Assembly (NCBI GenBank): GCA_951406725.2
Contig: OX597819.1
Coordinates: 77,252,001-77,316,000 of the forward strand
DNA length: 64,000 nucleotides
Source of the DNA: Octopus vulgaris
Lineage: Eukaryota
Direction: 5' to 3'
Under the pieces are notes generated by a model. It was not told the DNA's origin. It saw nothing but the letters and a program-made list of their open reading frames with translations, and did no database searches. Within the stretch, counting starts at the first letter, position 1. Every line of letters starts with the position of its first letter. Of this stretch, positions 13,450 through 28,544 are shown piece after piece. A program made the position numbers and the translations under genes.

Positions 13450-14569
13450 AGATAATATCTTTTATGGACGTGCTGGGTTTAAAAATAAATATATATCAGA
13501 GGCAGATGAAAGTCATCCAACAAATACAACCCTAAATTTGTTTTTCCCAATGTCTATTCATTAAGAATGATGCATAGATGTTTTCCATTTATTTATCTAT
13601 TTTTGAAGAGAACTCAGGGTTGTGCCAATGTCCCACTACAGGGCCTCAATGACTGATGGAAGAAGTCATGTTCATACTAGGAACCTAATCTAAAGGCTTG
13701 TAACAAAGTTTATTCCACTAAAATCACCAGAAGATTAAACATTGTCAGATTATGAAGAACTTCAGATTAATGAAGCAAAAGCAATGTTTGAGAAGTGCCA
13801 TGCAGTACCCAAGTATGCCCACAGCCTTTGGCTGAAACTGATAATAGAATGAAGTAAAGAATAAAAAATATAGAGAGTCACTTGACTTATTTGCATAAAG
13901 TTACTCACAGAATACACTCTGACCTCTGAACTCTGACCCACAGAGGTGATGTCTCCTCTCTCTCCTTTTTATATCAGTACTCTAATGGGCCGCTACTCTT
14001 GGAAGCTGACTAAGCTTATATCACATCTACTCAGGACTTCACAACAAATTGTTCCTCCTCCTCTTATCAAGCATCTTTGGCATGTTCACTCATCCATCAA
14101 ACCCAAGACCCCATGCACTTATCAATATGCCCATTTTTTCCTTTCTTCCTTCCTTCCTGCTTCCATGCACCTTTGGCCTTTCTTGCAGTTATTAACTCGT
14201 AAAGGTTCAAAAGGAACATTAACAATATCAGTTTCTCTAATCTATAAAGTCTTTATGAAGGGACTCAATCACTGCCACATACCTTCAGAGCTGAGTCAAC
14301 AAATAAACAATCCAATCCATGGCAAGCAGTAATAGATATACAGTAATGCCTCAATATACTCAAAAAGCATAACAATAATTGCCCATAGTAGCAATGTTAT
14401 AAATCGTAATTCGTTCCCAGAAAATATTTTACCAAGAAAATTTATAATACTCATAAATAAATGGGAATAAAACAGTGATAGAATGTAAATAAAGTTTTAT
14501 GTAATGTAAAGGGAATTTCAAGATCATTTATAATAAAAGATAATAATTTTCTGAATCATTTTTCACTTG

Positions 14570-14775
14570 CACTAGGCTCGTACACACCATTACTTGTAGA
14601 TGTGATCATTTTAGACGGACTTGTAGATTTCTTTTTGAAATACAAATCTAGAGTTGTTTGCTTAGAAGAAGCATTTTTTTGCGCTCTATAAATTTCTCGG
14701 TAACACGCAGAAGCATTTGTTATGGCAGAAGAAACTTTTGCACTTCATTCAAAATTTGGATCTTGTGCTTGAAAA
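14570..14775 (-). mobile_element. pogo/Tigger transposase C-terminal relic
   Basis: AQDPNFE*SAKVSSAITNASACYREIYRAQKNASSKQTTLDLYFKK resembles the Tigger1/TIGD1 tail 'QDPN.ER..KV......CYR.IY.EKK....QT.LD.FFK'. Confidence 0.7.
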
Positions 14776-15539
14776 ATAAAACTCATAAACCCAGGGCCTT
14801 GTAAAGAAGGTCCTTGTAAAGTGAGATATTACTATATATTCAACAAAAAGCAAAATACAGCAAAACAAATGAAAGATCAACAAACACCAGAGATAAAACA
14901 TTATAAATTATTTTTCAAATCAATTTTTATTAATAGGCTTTCTAACGTGTAACATCATTTATGATTTGCTTTCATAGACTTGTAAGATAGATGTAAACAA
15001 CTGATAGTAGTTTATAGTTTTCTTTTGTCAACATTATATATATTTTTATATATATATACATACACACACACACACTTATATATATATACATACATAAACA
15101 CACACACACATATATATATATACACACATACATACATACTGCATATAAATGAGCATATATGCAAATATATATATATGTATATATATATATGTGTATTTAT
15201 ATTAACACATGAGTGTGATATATGTCTGTGTGTGTGTGCGCATATTTTTATGTATATTCATGTAAATGTCTTTTGTATCTATTTTTAGTTCTTTTTTAAT
15301 TTTTTTTTTCATTTTTATCATTGATCTGATCATGACAATTTGTAAACAATCAGCAAGATGTATTAACAACAACAAAAAAATATATATTTTAAAAAAATGA
15401 ATATTAACAACAATAACAAAAAAATAACCATTTTTTTTCACTTTAATACCATGGTAAACAGAGAGGGGATATTAGAAATAATAATAACAATAATAATAAT
15501 AATAATAATAAATAATAATAATAATAATAATAATGATAA

Positions 15540-15753
15540 TTCTTTTTAATTTTGGCACAAGGCCAGAAATTTTGAGAACAAGGGGCAAGTCGATTTGGTC
15601 TAACCCCAGTACTTCACTGGTACTTAACTTTATCGACCCTGAAAGGATGAAAGGCAAAGTCAACCTCAGTGGAATTTGACTTCATTACATAAAGACAGAC
15701 AAAATGTTGCTAAGCATTTTGTCCAGCATGCTAACGATTCTGGCAGCTAGCAG

Positions 15754-15799
<46 letters not shown>

Positions 15800-16300
15800 C
15801 CTTTCATTTCTACTACAGGCACAAGGCCTGAAATTTTAGGGAAGTAGCTAGTCGATTATATTGACTGCAGTACATAACTGGTATTTATCTCTGCAACCTG
15901 CTCCAAAAGGATGAAAGGCTAAGTCAACCTCGGTGGAATTTGGCTTCAGAATGTAAAGACAGACCAAATACCGCAAAGCATTTTGTCCAGTGTGCTAATG
16001 ATTCTGGTAGCTTGCAGCATTAATAATAATAATAATAATGATAATAATAATAATAATAATAATGATAATCCTTTCTGCTATAGGCAAAAGGCCTGAAATT
16101 TTTTAGGGAGGGGACTAGTGGATTACATCAACTCCAGTGCTTCACTGGTACTTAATTTATCAACCCTTTAAGAATGAAAGGCAAAGTTGACCTCAGTGGG
16201 ATTTGAACTCAGAACATATCAATGGGTGAAATACTGCTAAGTATTTCGTCCAGCATGCTAATGATTCTGCCAGCTCATCACCTTAATAATAATAATAATG

Positions 16301-16338
<38 letters not shown>

Positions 16339-16552
16339 CCTTTCTGCTATAAGCAGAAGGCCTGAAATTTTGGGGAAGGTGGTTAGTCGATTACATTGAT
16401 CCCAGTGCGCAACTGGTACTTAATTTATCAACCCTGTAAGAATGAAAGGCAAAGTTGACCTTGCTGGAATTTGAACTCGAAACGTAGCAATGGGCGAAAT
16501 ACCACTAAACATTTTCGTCCAGTGTGCTAACGATTCTGCCAGCAAGCCACCT
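15540..16552 (-). mobile_element. Four tandem SINE A copies in (AAT)n
   Basis: Same head and body in reverse, each bounded by (AAT)n; CpGs mostly decayed. Confidence 0.88.
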
Positions 16553-16889
16553 TTGACAATAATAATAGTAATGATGAGGTGGAGGATTTCTAGCTTTGTC
16601 CAAGAATCACACGTATTTCTAAAAGAACCACCAGTATTTGACAAATACGAATTTTATCAGCCCCATCCCTTCAAAAAAAAAAAAAAAATGAAATGCCAGA
16701 TTGACTCTGGTGGTACTTGAAACCAAAATGTAACAGATCCAATATATTTTATTGCAAGGACTTTCCTCCAACGTTTTACCAACTCTTAAATAAAAAATTA
16801 TGTGTAGTAGTAGTAGTAGTAGTAGTAGTAGAAGAAAAACTGGGCATGGAATGGGGGATGGCAACATATTTTGTTAATGATTATTTTCA

Positions 16890-17870
16890 TAGCAATAAAC
16901 GATGGTATCACTATGGTTAAGTATTGGTAAACGACGATAGCCATGTCGGAAAGCATTGGTAAACAATGGTACAACGTCGATGAACATTCGTCAACGAATT
17001 TGCTAAATAATGGCAGGCATTGATAAACACGTCAACATCGGTAAACATTGTTTGGGAATGCTACGAACATTGGTAAAAATTAGTGAACATTGGCAGAATG
17101 TAATGAAACATTGGTAAATAATGGTAGAATACTGATAAACACTGGTGAACAGTGGTAAAAAACATTGATAAATACTGGTAAACAAAAATGATATCGAAAT
17201 TGTTAAACGATGATAAATAATGGTTCCAGCATTGTTAAAAATTGGTGAACAATGGAAGAATATTATTAAACATTGGTAAACAATGGTAGAAAACTGGTAA
17301 ACACTGGTCAGCAATGGTAAAACATTGGTAAACAAAAATGATATTAACGTTGTTAAACGTTGGTATATAATGGTAGATAATTAGTAAACATTAGTATCAA
17401 CATAGAAAAAGATTGGATTCAACATTAGTAAACATTGTATTAACATCGTTAAACGAGGTTAAATCTTGTTATCAACAAACATCGGCAAAATCTCTGAAGA
17501 AAGGTATTCATGTTGATGAGTACCGAATATCAACAAAGGGATCAATATTGGTAAGCAACGGTAAAGGATGCTATCAACAATAGTAAACAGTGGCAGACAA
17601 CATTGGTAAACATAGGTAATCAATGGTATTATTAATACAAAAAAAAATTGTAAACATGGTGTTAACATTGGTGAATATTAATCCTCAATGGAACGAAGAT
17701 TGTTAAACGTCGGTGAATATTGGTAAGAGCGTTAGTAAAATGAAATAACTGGAGGATGATTCAATGATGCGTCGTTCGTTGATGAACACGCTTAAATGAG
17801 GGTATTGACTTTGTAAACAATAGCAACAGCATTGGTAAACATTGGTTAACATTGGTGAACAATAATGGAA
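16890..17870. repeat. Degenerate minisatellite, ~10-bp unit AAACATTGGT
   Basis: Dozens of variants; ~162-bp higher-order duplication (starts at 17068 and 17230). Confidence 0.8.
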
Positions 17871-17973
17871 TTTGTAATATTAGAAAAAGGAGCTAAGAAA
17901 ATATAACAAAGAAAACAATACTTGCAAAAAATAGCGATATGACCATGATAACGAAAATTGTGATTATGATGAC

Positions 17974-18009
<36 letters not shown>

Positions 18010-18011
<2 letters not shown>

Positions 18012-18487
18012 TTTCAAATTTTGCCACAAGCGCAGCAAATTTAGGGGGTGGGGATGAGTATGTTACATCGACCCTAGTGTTCAATTGGTACTTATTTTAT
18101 CGACTCCGAAAGGATGAAAGGCAAAGTCGACCTCGGCGGAATTTGAACTCAAAACGTAAAGGCGGACGAAATGCCGCTATGCATTTTGCCCGGCGTGCTA
18201 ACGATTCTGCCAGGTGGCCGCCTTCATAATAATAATGATAATAATAATAGGTAATAATGATAATAATAATAATGGCTTCAAATTTAGACACAAGACCAGC
18301 AGCTTCGCGGGGAGGTGGCTAAGTTGATTACATCGACCCCAGTGTGCAACTGGTACTCATTTCATTGACCCAGAAAAAATGAAAGGTAAAGTCGACTCCG
18401 GCGGCATTTAAATTTAGAATGCTAAATCCGACGAAATATTGCTAAGTATTTTGCCCGGTGTGCTAATGATTCTGCCAGCTCATCGCT

Positions 18488-18521
<34 letters not shown>

Positions 18522-18526
18522 TGATG

Positions 18527-18579
<53 letters not shown>

Positions 18580-18757
18580 TTCTACTATAGGCACAAGGCC
18601 TGAAATTTTGGCGGAGGAGACTAGTCGATTGTATCAACTCTAGTATTTGACTGATACTTATAAAAGTTGACCTATGCGGAATTTCAGCTTGGAGCGCAAA
18701 CCGGAAGAAATGCCATTAAGCATTTGTCCAACGCACTAAACATTTTGCCAGTTCCCC

Positions 18758-18812
<55 letters not shown>

Positions 18813-19025
18813 GTAATAATCCTTTCTATAATAGATACAATACCTGAAATTTCGGAGGAGGGGACAAGTCGATTACATCGACCCTACCAGTGTTCAACTG
18901 GTATTTATTTTATCGACCTCGAAGGATGAAAGGCAAAGTTGGCCTCGGCAGAATTTCACTCCAGAGCATAAAACCGAAAATAAAAATGCCGTTCAGCATT
19001 CTTCTTCGGTGCGTTAATGATTCTT
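18010..19025 (-). mobile_element. Four tandem SINE A copies in (AAT)n
   Basis: GAAAGGATGAAAGGCAAAGTCGACCTCGGCGGAATTTGAACTC repeated with divergence; CpGs largely retained. Confidence 0.88.
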
Positions 19026-19147
19026 TATTATTGCGACCAGGACCTATTCATTCATGCAATATAATAGCATACAAAAGTGTGTGAAAATATGTAAGGATAG
19101 ACAAAATTTATTAATGATGATGATAACGAAGCCAATGACGATGATGG

Positions 19148-19190
<43 letters not shown>

Positions 19191-20853
19191 GGTGATGATG
19201 ATGATGACGACGACGACAATGAGGATCCAATACTCTTCTGATGCGTTTAGAGGTTAATATATGCATATATTTGTGTGCATATACACATGCATATGCTAAA
19301 TGATAACAACAGTAATAACGATAATCATATCGATATTAACGGCAACAAGAATTTTTAACAATAACTAGAAACACTCCAGCAGATAGTATATTGTTACATT
19401 CGCAAGCAGGAATAACGTAGTTGTAGAAACATTTTTAGTTAATGTATTACGAAGTATTTAAAATCGCGATTATGGAAACAGAATAAAAAAAAACTAAGTG
19501 GTCACTAGAGTTATAATTACAAACATACATGCATACATACATATATACATACATACAGACAGACAGACAGACAGACAGACAAATCCAGCCAGTCAGGTAG
19601 ACAGACAGACAGATAGATAGATGTCTATATACAAATCTTTGGCCAAACGCATTCCACTTGTAACCACATCTTTTTAAATTTGTCTTGGCCTTTATCCAAA
19701 GTATCATTTGTTTATTTAAAGTGTCGGGTCTGATTGTGATTTGAGGGAGAGTTGATTGCTCTTTCTGGCAGATCAAGGGCCCACATTAAATCTACGATCC
19801 TCTTTGTATGAGTCCTCTATATATTATCCAGTCTCTAAACCCTTCGCCACCCAGCCCCTTTTTCATCATTAAACACTAGGAAATATGAAGAACAAGTATC
19901 AATAGAAACATCAGAATCTCTTCTACTCATAAAATCCAATCAATAATGACCTTTTTAACTTTTCTACAACTGCTTAATATCACAACCTCGGATGACATTT
20001 CATTGCAACAATACATCTTCAACGTAGCCGATGTTATATTTCCAAAACTTAGATTTCCTATTCAGTTTCAAAAAGTCACCGACTCCCAATAAGGTATGAG
20101 CTCGTTTCGCATTAGAAATTTGAGTTCTGCACTCCACATCAGATATGGATTCACTACCACACTACAAACATATTAAATCATACCCCTAAAAAAGGTAAAG
20201 CATTCACTCATCAATATTATAACAACTCGTAGTGGTGTTCTCTTTGTTTGAAAACTATGTGATTAAGTAAACTATATAATAAACACTCCAGAACTTTTCA
20301 AGTCTTCTCTACAGTATCATTTTCCATTGATCAGTTAATAAATATTTTTCACAAAGCTTTTCCTCAGCCAGATCCGACGATTCCCTGCCCAATTGTTATC
20401 ACCAAACATCAATCTGGAGATTTCTCAAACTGAAAATAAGCTGTGTTGGTTTCATTAGTCTTTATTATAGGATATAAAGACTTAACATGTTTTACAATTC
20501 TTTCACGTATTAAATAATAATCATGGACTCTCCCATCGTTAGACAACGTATGTGGGTTGTGAAATTTCTTACTGAGCAACCACACAGATGATTTGATTAT
20601 AGTGATCAAATGTTTGTGTTCACATAAGCTCACTCCCTTCCATCGAATCGACATTACCTCTACAGCTGCTCGACGTGCCACATATCAGATAACGAAATGA
20701 TTGCAGAGCAACTTGAAATGAAGTATTTTGCTCAAGAACGAAAAGCAACGCCCGATATGAGAATCGAAACCGCGATCTCACAATCGTGCATGCAACATCC
20801 TAACCACAAAGCCATGCGCGAAAGAGATGATGACGACGACGATGATGATGATG

Positions 20854-20904
<51 letters not shown>

Positions 20905-20908
<4 letters not shown>

Positions 20909-21113
20909 TTTCAAATTTTAGCTCAAGGCCAGCAATTTGGAGGAAGGGGGTAAGTCGATCGCAGAGACCCCAGTACTCAACTAGTACTCATTTTTATCGA
21001 CCGCGAAAGGATGAAAGGCAAAGTCGACCTCGGCGGAATTTGAACTCAAAACGTGAAAATAGACGAAATACCGCTAAGCATTTGCCTAGCTTGCTAGCGA
21101 TTCTGCCAGCCCG

Positions 21114-21171
<58 letters not shown>

Positions 21172-22792
21172 TGATAATAGTTTCAAAATTTGCCACAAGG
21201 GTAGCAATTTGGGGGGAGAGGATGAGTCGATTACATCGACCTCCGTGTTCAACTGGTACTTATTTTATCGACGCCGAAAGGATGAAAGGTAAAGTTGACC
21301 TCGGTGGAATTTGAACTCAGAACGTAGCGATGGACAAAATACCGCTAAGCATTTCGTTCAGCGCGCTAATGATTCTGCCATCTCGTCGCCTTAATGATAA
21401 TAATAATAATAATGATGATGATTTCTATCATTTGGTAGAAATCATCAAGATATGGGATGAAGGAAACATTACAGTGACAAATTGCAAAGAACAGTATGAG
21501 TGTAAACAAAAATTATTAAAAAAATACACACTCGGAAAAGAAAAGTATGCAAAAGATATGAAATTAAGTGTAACAGTAAGTGGAATCCAGAATTACCCTA
21601 ACTACAAAGGACGAGAACTCCGTTTCAGTTATCAACACTGGCCTACAAGCGCATTTTTTATAATCTTGCTCACTTTTCATAAATTCCACCAGATGACTGT
21701 ACCATCCTGTCTACTTTCGCCTTAGCCTTCAAGGAAAACTTGAAGAAATTGATGAGGATTTGACCAAAGAGGAGTGTCTGTCTTCAATCCATTTAATGTT
21801 GTCTACTATAAAATGTCCCTAACAATATTCCAGCTGCCAGGCGCTCCTGTCAGTCATACGAAATACAAGAAAACGTGCCTCAGAAACCGTTACTTCGTCC
21901 GGAAATATCCGCAGACTCAGTGCATGCCTGGGCATCATCAGCCATAACATATCGAGTCCTCAGCGCAGAGATGTTGGCAATAGATGGACCTAACAAGTGG
22001 AACGTACCCTTTCCCACAAGAAACAAAAGAGCTGATGCTTCAGTTAGTGAAAATGAAAACTGGTTTAAGACACGACGGTCAGACAGTTATAAAGATGGAG
22101 GTCGTCTTTGCGTTCGCCACCTCAGAGATAGTTTCCTCTTCATTTACGAGAAACAACTCTGTTCCTATTCACCAAGAAGTATGGCCAGTGTTTCACTCCT
22201 AATATCTTTACAGGACATTCATTTCGGCTCGATGCTGACCAGCATGCACTTTTCTCTCCAGGCGTCGAGCTGCAAGTCCACTGAATTATCTTGGTTCATT
22301 CGCACTCCTCTTATTTACTGATATTTAACCTGAAGTAAGGAGCCTGAAGTGCAAAATCAGAAAATTACTAGATACATTGCGAACTCACCATCCAAAAGCT
22401 GCAATAGTAAGAATATACCCGACCGGCACATACCGAAATTATTCGAGACAAACTGGAAAGCTCTAATAAAGTATGCACAGTAGATAATTACTGGAACGTA
22501 AATAAAAAAATAAAGGATCAGAAAAGAAAACCCTCAATTTTGTGTAAAGACACAATAAAGTGCAATGAAAACATAGGTTTCAAATTTTTGCACAAGGCCA
22601 GAAATTTCGGGGGAGGGGTTAAGTCGATTACATAACCCCCAGTGTTCAACTGGTACTTATTTTATTGATCCCCAAAAGGATGAAAGGCAAAGTCGATCTT
22701 GGCGGAATTTGAACTCAGTACATAACCACGGACGAAATGTCGCTAAGCATTTTTTTCCGGTGTGCTAACGATTTTGCCAGCTCTCCGCCTTG
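20905..22792 (-). mobile_element. Three SINE A copies (about 20905-21110, 21180-21392, 22575-22792)
   Basis: Same consensus as the other SINE A copies. Confidence 0.85.
21720..22330 (-). mobile_element. Degenerate Tx1/L1-clade RT (post-RT domain) fragment
   Basis: Minus-strand pieces NQDNSVDLQLDAWREK, LFCFLW, VPLVRSIYCQH and LMMPRHALSLR resemble Tx1-type 'LF.FLW...P.VR.SIC.QHP..GGLGMP'; many stops and frameshifts. Confidence 0.6.
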
Positions 22793-23340
22793 AGTACAAT
22801 GAATATATATATATATATAAAAACAATAAAGATAAAATCAAAAAGAGATTCAGAGAATCCTTATGAATAAACTAGAGATTAAATCCACCCCAAGTTCTGT
22901 TCAATATTCTGAAAGACTGGGTAGAGAATAAGCGAACAAGTAAGAACTTTAATACTATGTTAAATGTGTTAAATGTTCCGGACAATACGATGTTAAATGT
23001 GTTAAATATTCCGGACAAATGTTAAATGTGTTAAACTACCAGGACTAACAAAATTAAGTAATTAAACGAGAAATTTCACAATTGGAAAACAACTTTATGT
23101 GTTATAAGAAGAAACTCTATCGATTCAGGCAGAGCGATGCTTCGTAGAATGCTGGGAACAGTATGTTTCTCTTCACACAGCACACAAATTCATTCGATTG
23201 AGTAAACTTTACGGAAGTAATTTTTGCCGAAGCAGACTTTCATTGTTTTCTAGAATTGGCAAACATCAGCTGTAGACTTTATATCCAACGTAAAGAATTG
23301 ATCAATTGCTTGAAATCTGACTGATATCTAGTCGACAGAA

Positions 23341-23371
<31 letters not shown>

Positions 23372-23549
23372 ATGTATATATATATATACATACAAACGTA
23401 TATATATGTGTGTGTTTATATATATAGATATATATATATATACATACAAACGTATATATATGTGTGTTTATATATATATATATATATATACACATATATG
23501 TGTGTGTTTATATATATATATATACATACAAACGTATATATATGTGTGT

Positions 23550-23686
<137 letters not shown>

Positions 23687-23774
23687 TAGCTGTGTGTGAA
23701 TGCTAACACGTATAGATTCATGCGTATGTGCTTGAGTGCGTGCGCGACGCGCGTGTGTGTGACAGAGAGAAAGG

Positions 23775-23869
<95 letters not shown>

Positions 23870-24301
23870 GCAGACAAAATGGTGGAAAAACAAAAGCAGA
23901 GAATTATGGAGGGAAAAAGAGATAAAAGAGCAGTAACCTTCAATTTATGAAGATTAAAGATCGTAGACGCAAAAGTTCTGTTAATTCAAACAAAATATAT
24001 TCATAAAAGAAATATACTTCTATTATAATCTTTTACTATTTGAATAATAAAGATGCATATCACATTTACTAAATGTCTTTACAAGTTTAAGATTGGAGCG
24101 GCTTTCGAAATGAAAGTACATCCGGCCATATTATGTCGCTTTTTTTCAGTTCGGATTTTTTTTGCTATGTTTTCTTTTAACGATTAGTGCTACGCTAGGG
24201 TTGTATTGTGTGACGACATTTGGAAATTTCATTCATATAAATGTTACAAGCACCTCTCGTTCGTATAGTTCTGAATACATGAATGAACACAAACGCATTT
24301 G

Positions 24302-24333
<32 letters not shown>

Positions 24334-24558
24334 TGTATGTATGTATGTATGTATGTATGTATGTATGTATGTATGTATGTATGTATGTATGTATGTATGT
24401 ATGCATATACATACATACATGTCGTGTGCTTTAAGTATATGTACTTAAAGCATGCAGCAAACTCCCAAAGTGCATATAAACTTACAGATTTGTGCATAGA
24501 CAATTTTAAGCAAGTACGCATGTATGCAGATACGTGCATTTGTAACAGTATGAATGAA

Positions 24559-24623
<65 letters not shown>

Positions 24624-24657
24624 ATATATATATATATACATACATATACATACATAC

Positions 24658-24738
<81 letters not shown>

Positions 24739-25584
24739 GTATGTATGTATGTATGTATGTATGTATGTATATGCATAACACAGAACCTCCCAAAACTGGA
24801 TACTAATATCTAAGTGTAATCCTAGCCCAATGAGAATTATCTTCGAAGAAAAACAATCAAAAGCAATATAAATAATTCATACAAACCATGAATCCTCAAA
24901 TACTTCTCATTTTACAAGAATGAAGATCAATTTCGTATAACATATATTTGTATAAGAATGAAGGAAACTGTGTGTGTATATGGGTATGTGTGTGTGCGCG
25001 CGCATAAATATGTATGGATAAAATTAATTATTTCATGTGAGTTGTGCATGTTGGCTTATTATTGCGTTTTTGTTTGAGCCTGTCTTTGCATTTGTGTGCA
25101 TGTTTATGGCTTTTGCATACGGATTTATATTTCTGATAAAAAGTACATTCATTTCTATCATAAAAACAAGCAAGCAGAAGCGCTTACAGACGTACGAAAT
25201 ACTGGCAGACGACACAAATTAAAACACTGCGTTTGTTAGGACACAATGCAACCAAGGAGGACTGAATACATACGAGTATTGAACTACCACTCCCTTAGAT
25301 TCGTACATCAACGTTTGATGAATGTAGAATCACCTCTCAGACACTGTTCTTTCGAGATTTACTCTGACCCGAAGTAATAGCATTTGTCAGGGTTCCAGCT
25401 ATGGGTTAATTAGCATATTAGGGCTTGTGTGCCTATGCATGTGAAGATTGGATCCGGTGGACTCCGCGGAAGAAACCGTTGTGGTTCAATGGAGGTGAAA
25501 GCAGCTGCAGTAACACATTCTGGAGTGTAGTGAACCGGATGAGGCAAGTCAGATATCATGGTCATCGTCTGCATCCGTCTACAT

Positions 25585-25900
25585 CAGTGGTTCTCAACCA
25601 GGTCCATATAAGATTAAAATTGTAAATTAGAGATCCACAAAAGCATTTTAAGAGTCCCTGAAAATTTTTGCTTTAGATGTAGGCTTTTGTATGTATTGCA
25701 AAATACAGCCAGATTTCTTTTTCTAACATTTTACATGGTCAACCTACACAAGTTAATGTATGAAAAACAAAGTAGGAATCTTGAAAGAAGTATCTGTAAA
25801 ACTAGTTTTTAAACATGGAATGGCTATGGGGTTCACCAGAATAAAATAGTAATCAAAGGGACCCATAGATTTTTTTTTAAAATATGGTCGGGAACCATTG
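25585..25900. mobile_element. hAT (Charlie-like) MITE
   Basis: TIRs CAGTGGTTCTCAACC / GGTCGGGAACCATTG; 8-bp TSD GTCTACAT / GTCAACAT. Confidence 0.8.
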
Positions 25901-26636
25901 GTCAACATCCCCACTTGTCTTGTCCAGGTCTGTCTTGTCACTGGATTGAAGATGATCGCGGCGAGAGAGTGAGGTCGACGGTGCTTAACTCTTGTTCACT
26001 TAAAACAAAATCATTGAGCAAGTCATGTTGCCTCTCCGACGCACGAGCACGTGACTTTAGCATACATTCATTTTGTTAATGCTGTCATCGTCCCTATTTC
26101 TCAATTTCCACTTTTCCATCACTGTTGCTCTCTCTCTCACTCTCTCTCTCTCTCTCTCTCTCTCCCTCTCTTTCTCCATCTTTGTTTGTTTCTTTCACTG
26201 TCTCGCTTTCTCAGGCGTACATACAGATATTTTATTTTAATGATAATATACTATAAAGTTGTAACTTCGCCAAAATAAGGCACGCGCGGTATTATTGAAC
26301 AGAGCACCGCATAACTAACTGTTATTAGTTTAAGTGATGTTTCGTAATGCAGCATGAATGCCTCGACTGTATCATTGACTTCTTGAGAAAAAAAGAATGA
26401 AAAAATGGTGTGAAGAGGAGGAAAGAAAAAGTGAACAGATTCTAAGATGTTGTTGGCGTTATATTACAAACGATACGAAAAAACACATTGTAAGTCAGAG
26501 ATGATACCCGTCTCAACCAAAACCAAGCAGAGAGGGGAGAAGGAAAAGAGAGAGAGGGATGGAGCACGGGAGAAAAGGAGAGCAGGAGGAGGAAGGATAG
26601 TGGGTGGGACAGCGAGAGCGAGAGCAGGAGTGGAGG

Positions 26637-26670
<34 letters not shown>

Positions 26671-26999
26671 TGGCAGTGAGATGTCTCACTCGTTTTAAAC
26701 AAAACCAAAGAAAACACAAAAAGTAAGAGGTATCCCATCTCATCCCAAATCAGGGAAAAATAAATACGATAAGTGAGCAGTGTGAGCAGAGTGACCAGTC
26801 TCAAAACAAGAGAGAGTGAGAGAGGTGACAGAAAAAAATGGACATAACAACGAGAGAGAGGCTCATGTGAGGCTCATAAACTTAGTTGAGTTCGCTTGTC
26901 TTCAAGTTATGGCTTCGGGACAAATTTGCAATGTAATGCTGAAAACTAAGGAAAAACCCACGTATTGACCCTACTCCGTCCTATACCTATTCAAAGATG

Positions 27000-27220
27000 A
27001 GGCGGCGAGCTGGCAGACACGTTAGCGAAATGCTTAGCGGTATTTCGTCTGTCTTTATGTTCTGAGTTCAACTTCCGCCGAGACCGACTTTGCCTTTCAT
27101 CCTTTCGGGATCGGTAAATAAAGTACCAGTTTCGCACTAGGGTTGATGTATTCGACTTAATCCCTTTGTCTGTCCTTGTTTGTCCCCTCTATGTTTAGCC
27201 CCTTGTGGGCAATAAAGAAA
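27000..27220 (+). mobile_element. Near full-length SINE A with 17-bp TSD
   Basis: TATACCTATTCAAAGAT at 26982-26998 and 27223-27239. Confidence 0.9.
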
Positions 27221-28544
27221 TATATACCTATTCAAAGATAACCAAATTCTGTTAAGATCAAACTTCTTTTCTATAGACATATAACACAGTGCTTCCTTGG
27301 ACAGAAGAAATTCCTGCAATCTCTTTGATCATTCATCTTCTAGCTATAAGCGTAGCAAAAGTGAAATTAACTCTGCAGGCGAAGTTATCCATTGCTCGCA
27401 AGCAAAGATCAGATTAAGTTCTTTTAAATCTAAATTGAGAAATCAATATTTTATTTATTGAAATTATCTCCCTTCTCTTTTGAAAGTCGCTACACATGGT
27501 TTAACTAAGCAAGGAAATTGTCTAATTACCAATAGTTTTTCTGTATTGCTTTCAATACATCAACACTTAATTTAAGCATGTAAAACTTTGTGCTTGTGAT
27601 ACTGCTTAAGGAGCTGACTTGTGGAGAATTATAGTGTTTTGGCTTACTGGCGTCAGGCTAGTGGGTGGGGATTTTTGGAACCAAAATATATACTACTCGC
27701 AACTCTATTGATTGCTCAGGAACCTATCAAGTAATCCACTGAACATGTTAACCCCACTATTATTGTAACTCTGCAACTGAATGAAATTAAGCTTCAAATT
27801 TATTTGTTATTATCATTATATTTTTAATAATATTTAGCAGAAGTAACAGAGTGACACAAGGTCCGAGAGTTTCGTGCGTTTCAGGTCTGAAATTTACTTT
27901 GCTAAATATTAATAAAAGTATATATATACTGTGTGAATGTGGGTGTGTGGGTGTGTGCGTGTGTGTGCGCGCGCGTCTTTGTGTATTAGTGTTTGTCCCC
28001 ACCCACCATCGCTTGACAACCGATGTTGGTGTGTTTACGTCCCCGTAACTCAGCTGTTCGGCAAAGGAGACCGATAGAATAAGTATCAGATTTATAAAGA
28101 ATAGTTCTGAGGTCGATATCTTCGACTAAAAGGCGGTACTCCAGCATGGCCGCAGTCAGATGACTGAAACGAATAAAAGAATTAAGGAATATATATATAC
28201 ATATACAGATATCCACACACACGCACACACACATATATATATATACGCACACACACACATACTTACGCACACGCACGCGCGCACGCACATACACACACAC
28301 ACACACATACATTACTATTAGTTTCACACAATGAAAACACGATTGCCGGATAAGCTTGTATAGCGTGCCGCGTGAATGCAAGCAATCTTTCAGACTCAAA
28401 TATACAACATCGTTGGTCTCTTTTAAAAGAATAAGGAAGGACGCTAGTCTTTGAAAAATAAAAAATAAAAAAAAGAACAAGAAGACAGCGATAGAAATGA
28501 TACGGGAAAGGTTATGAGGCAGAAATGAGACAGACAAACAAATA

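Noticed and set aside
13946-14332. 128-aa non-repetitive ORF
   Set aside because: GTG start, no recognisable motif, and no convincing splice sites.
15540-19025. Regularly spaced repeats resembling a CRISPR-like array
   Set aside because: The units are ~220-bp SINEs separated by microsatellites in eukaryotic DNA; there are no unique spacers or cas genes.
19800-20660. Possible decayed LINE or host exon on the minus strand
   Set aside because: Only a vague resemblance to RT C-terminal motifs, with many stops; cannot be assigned.
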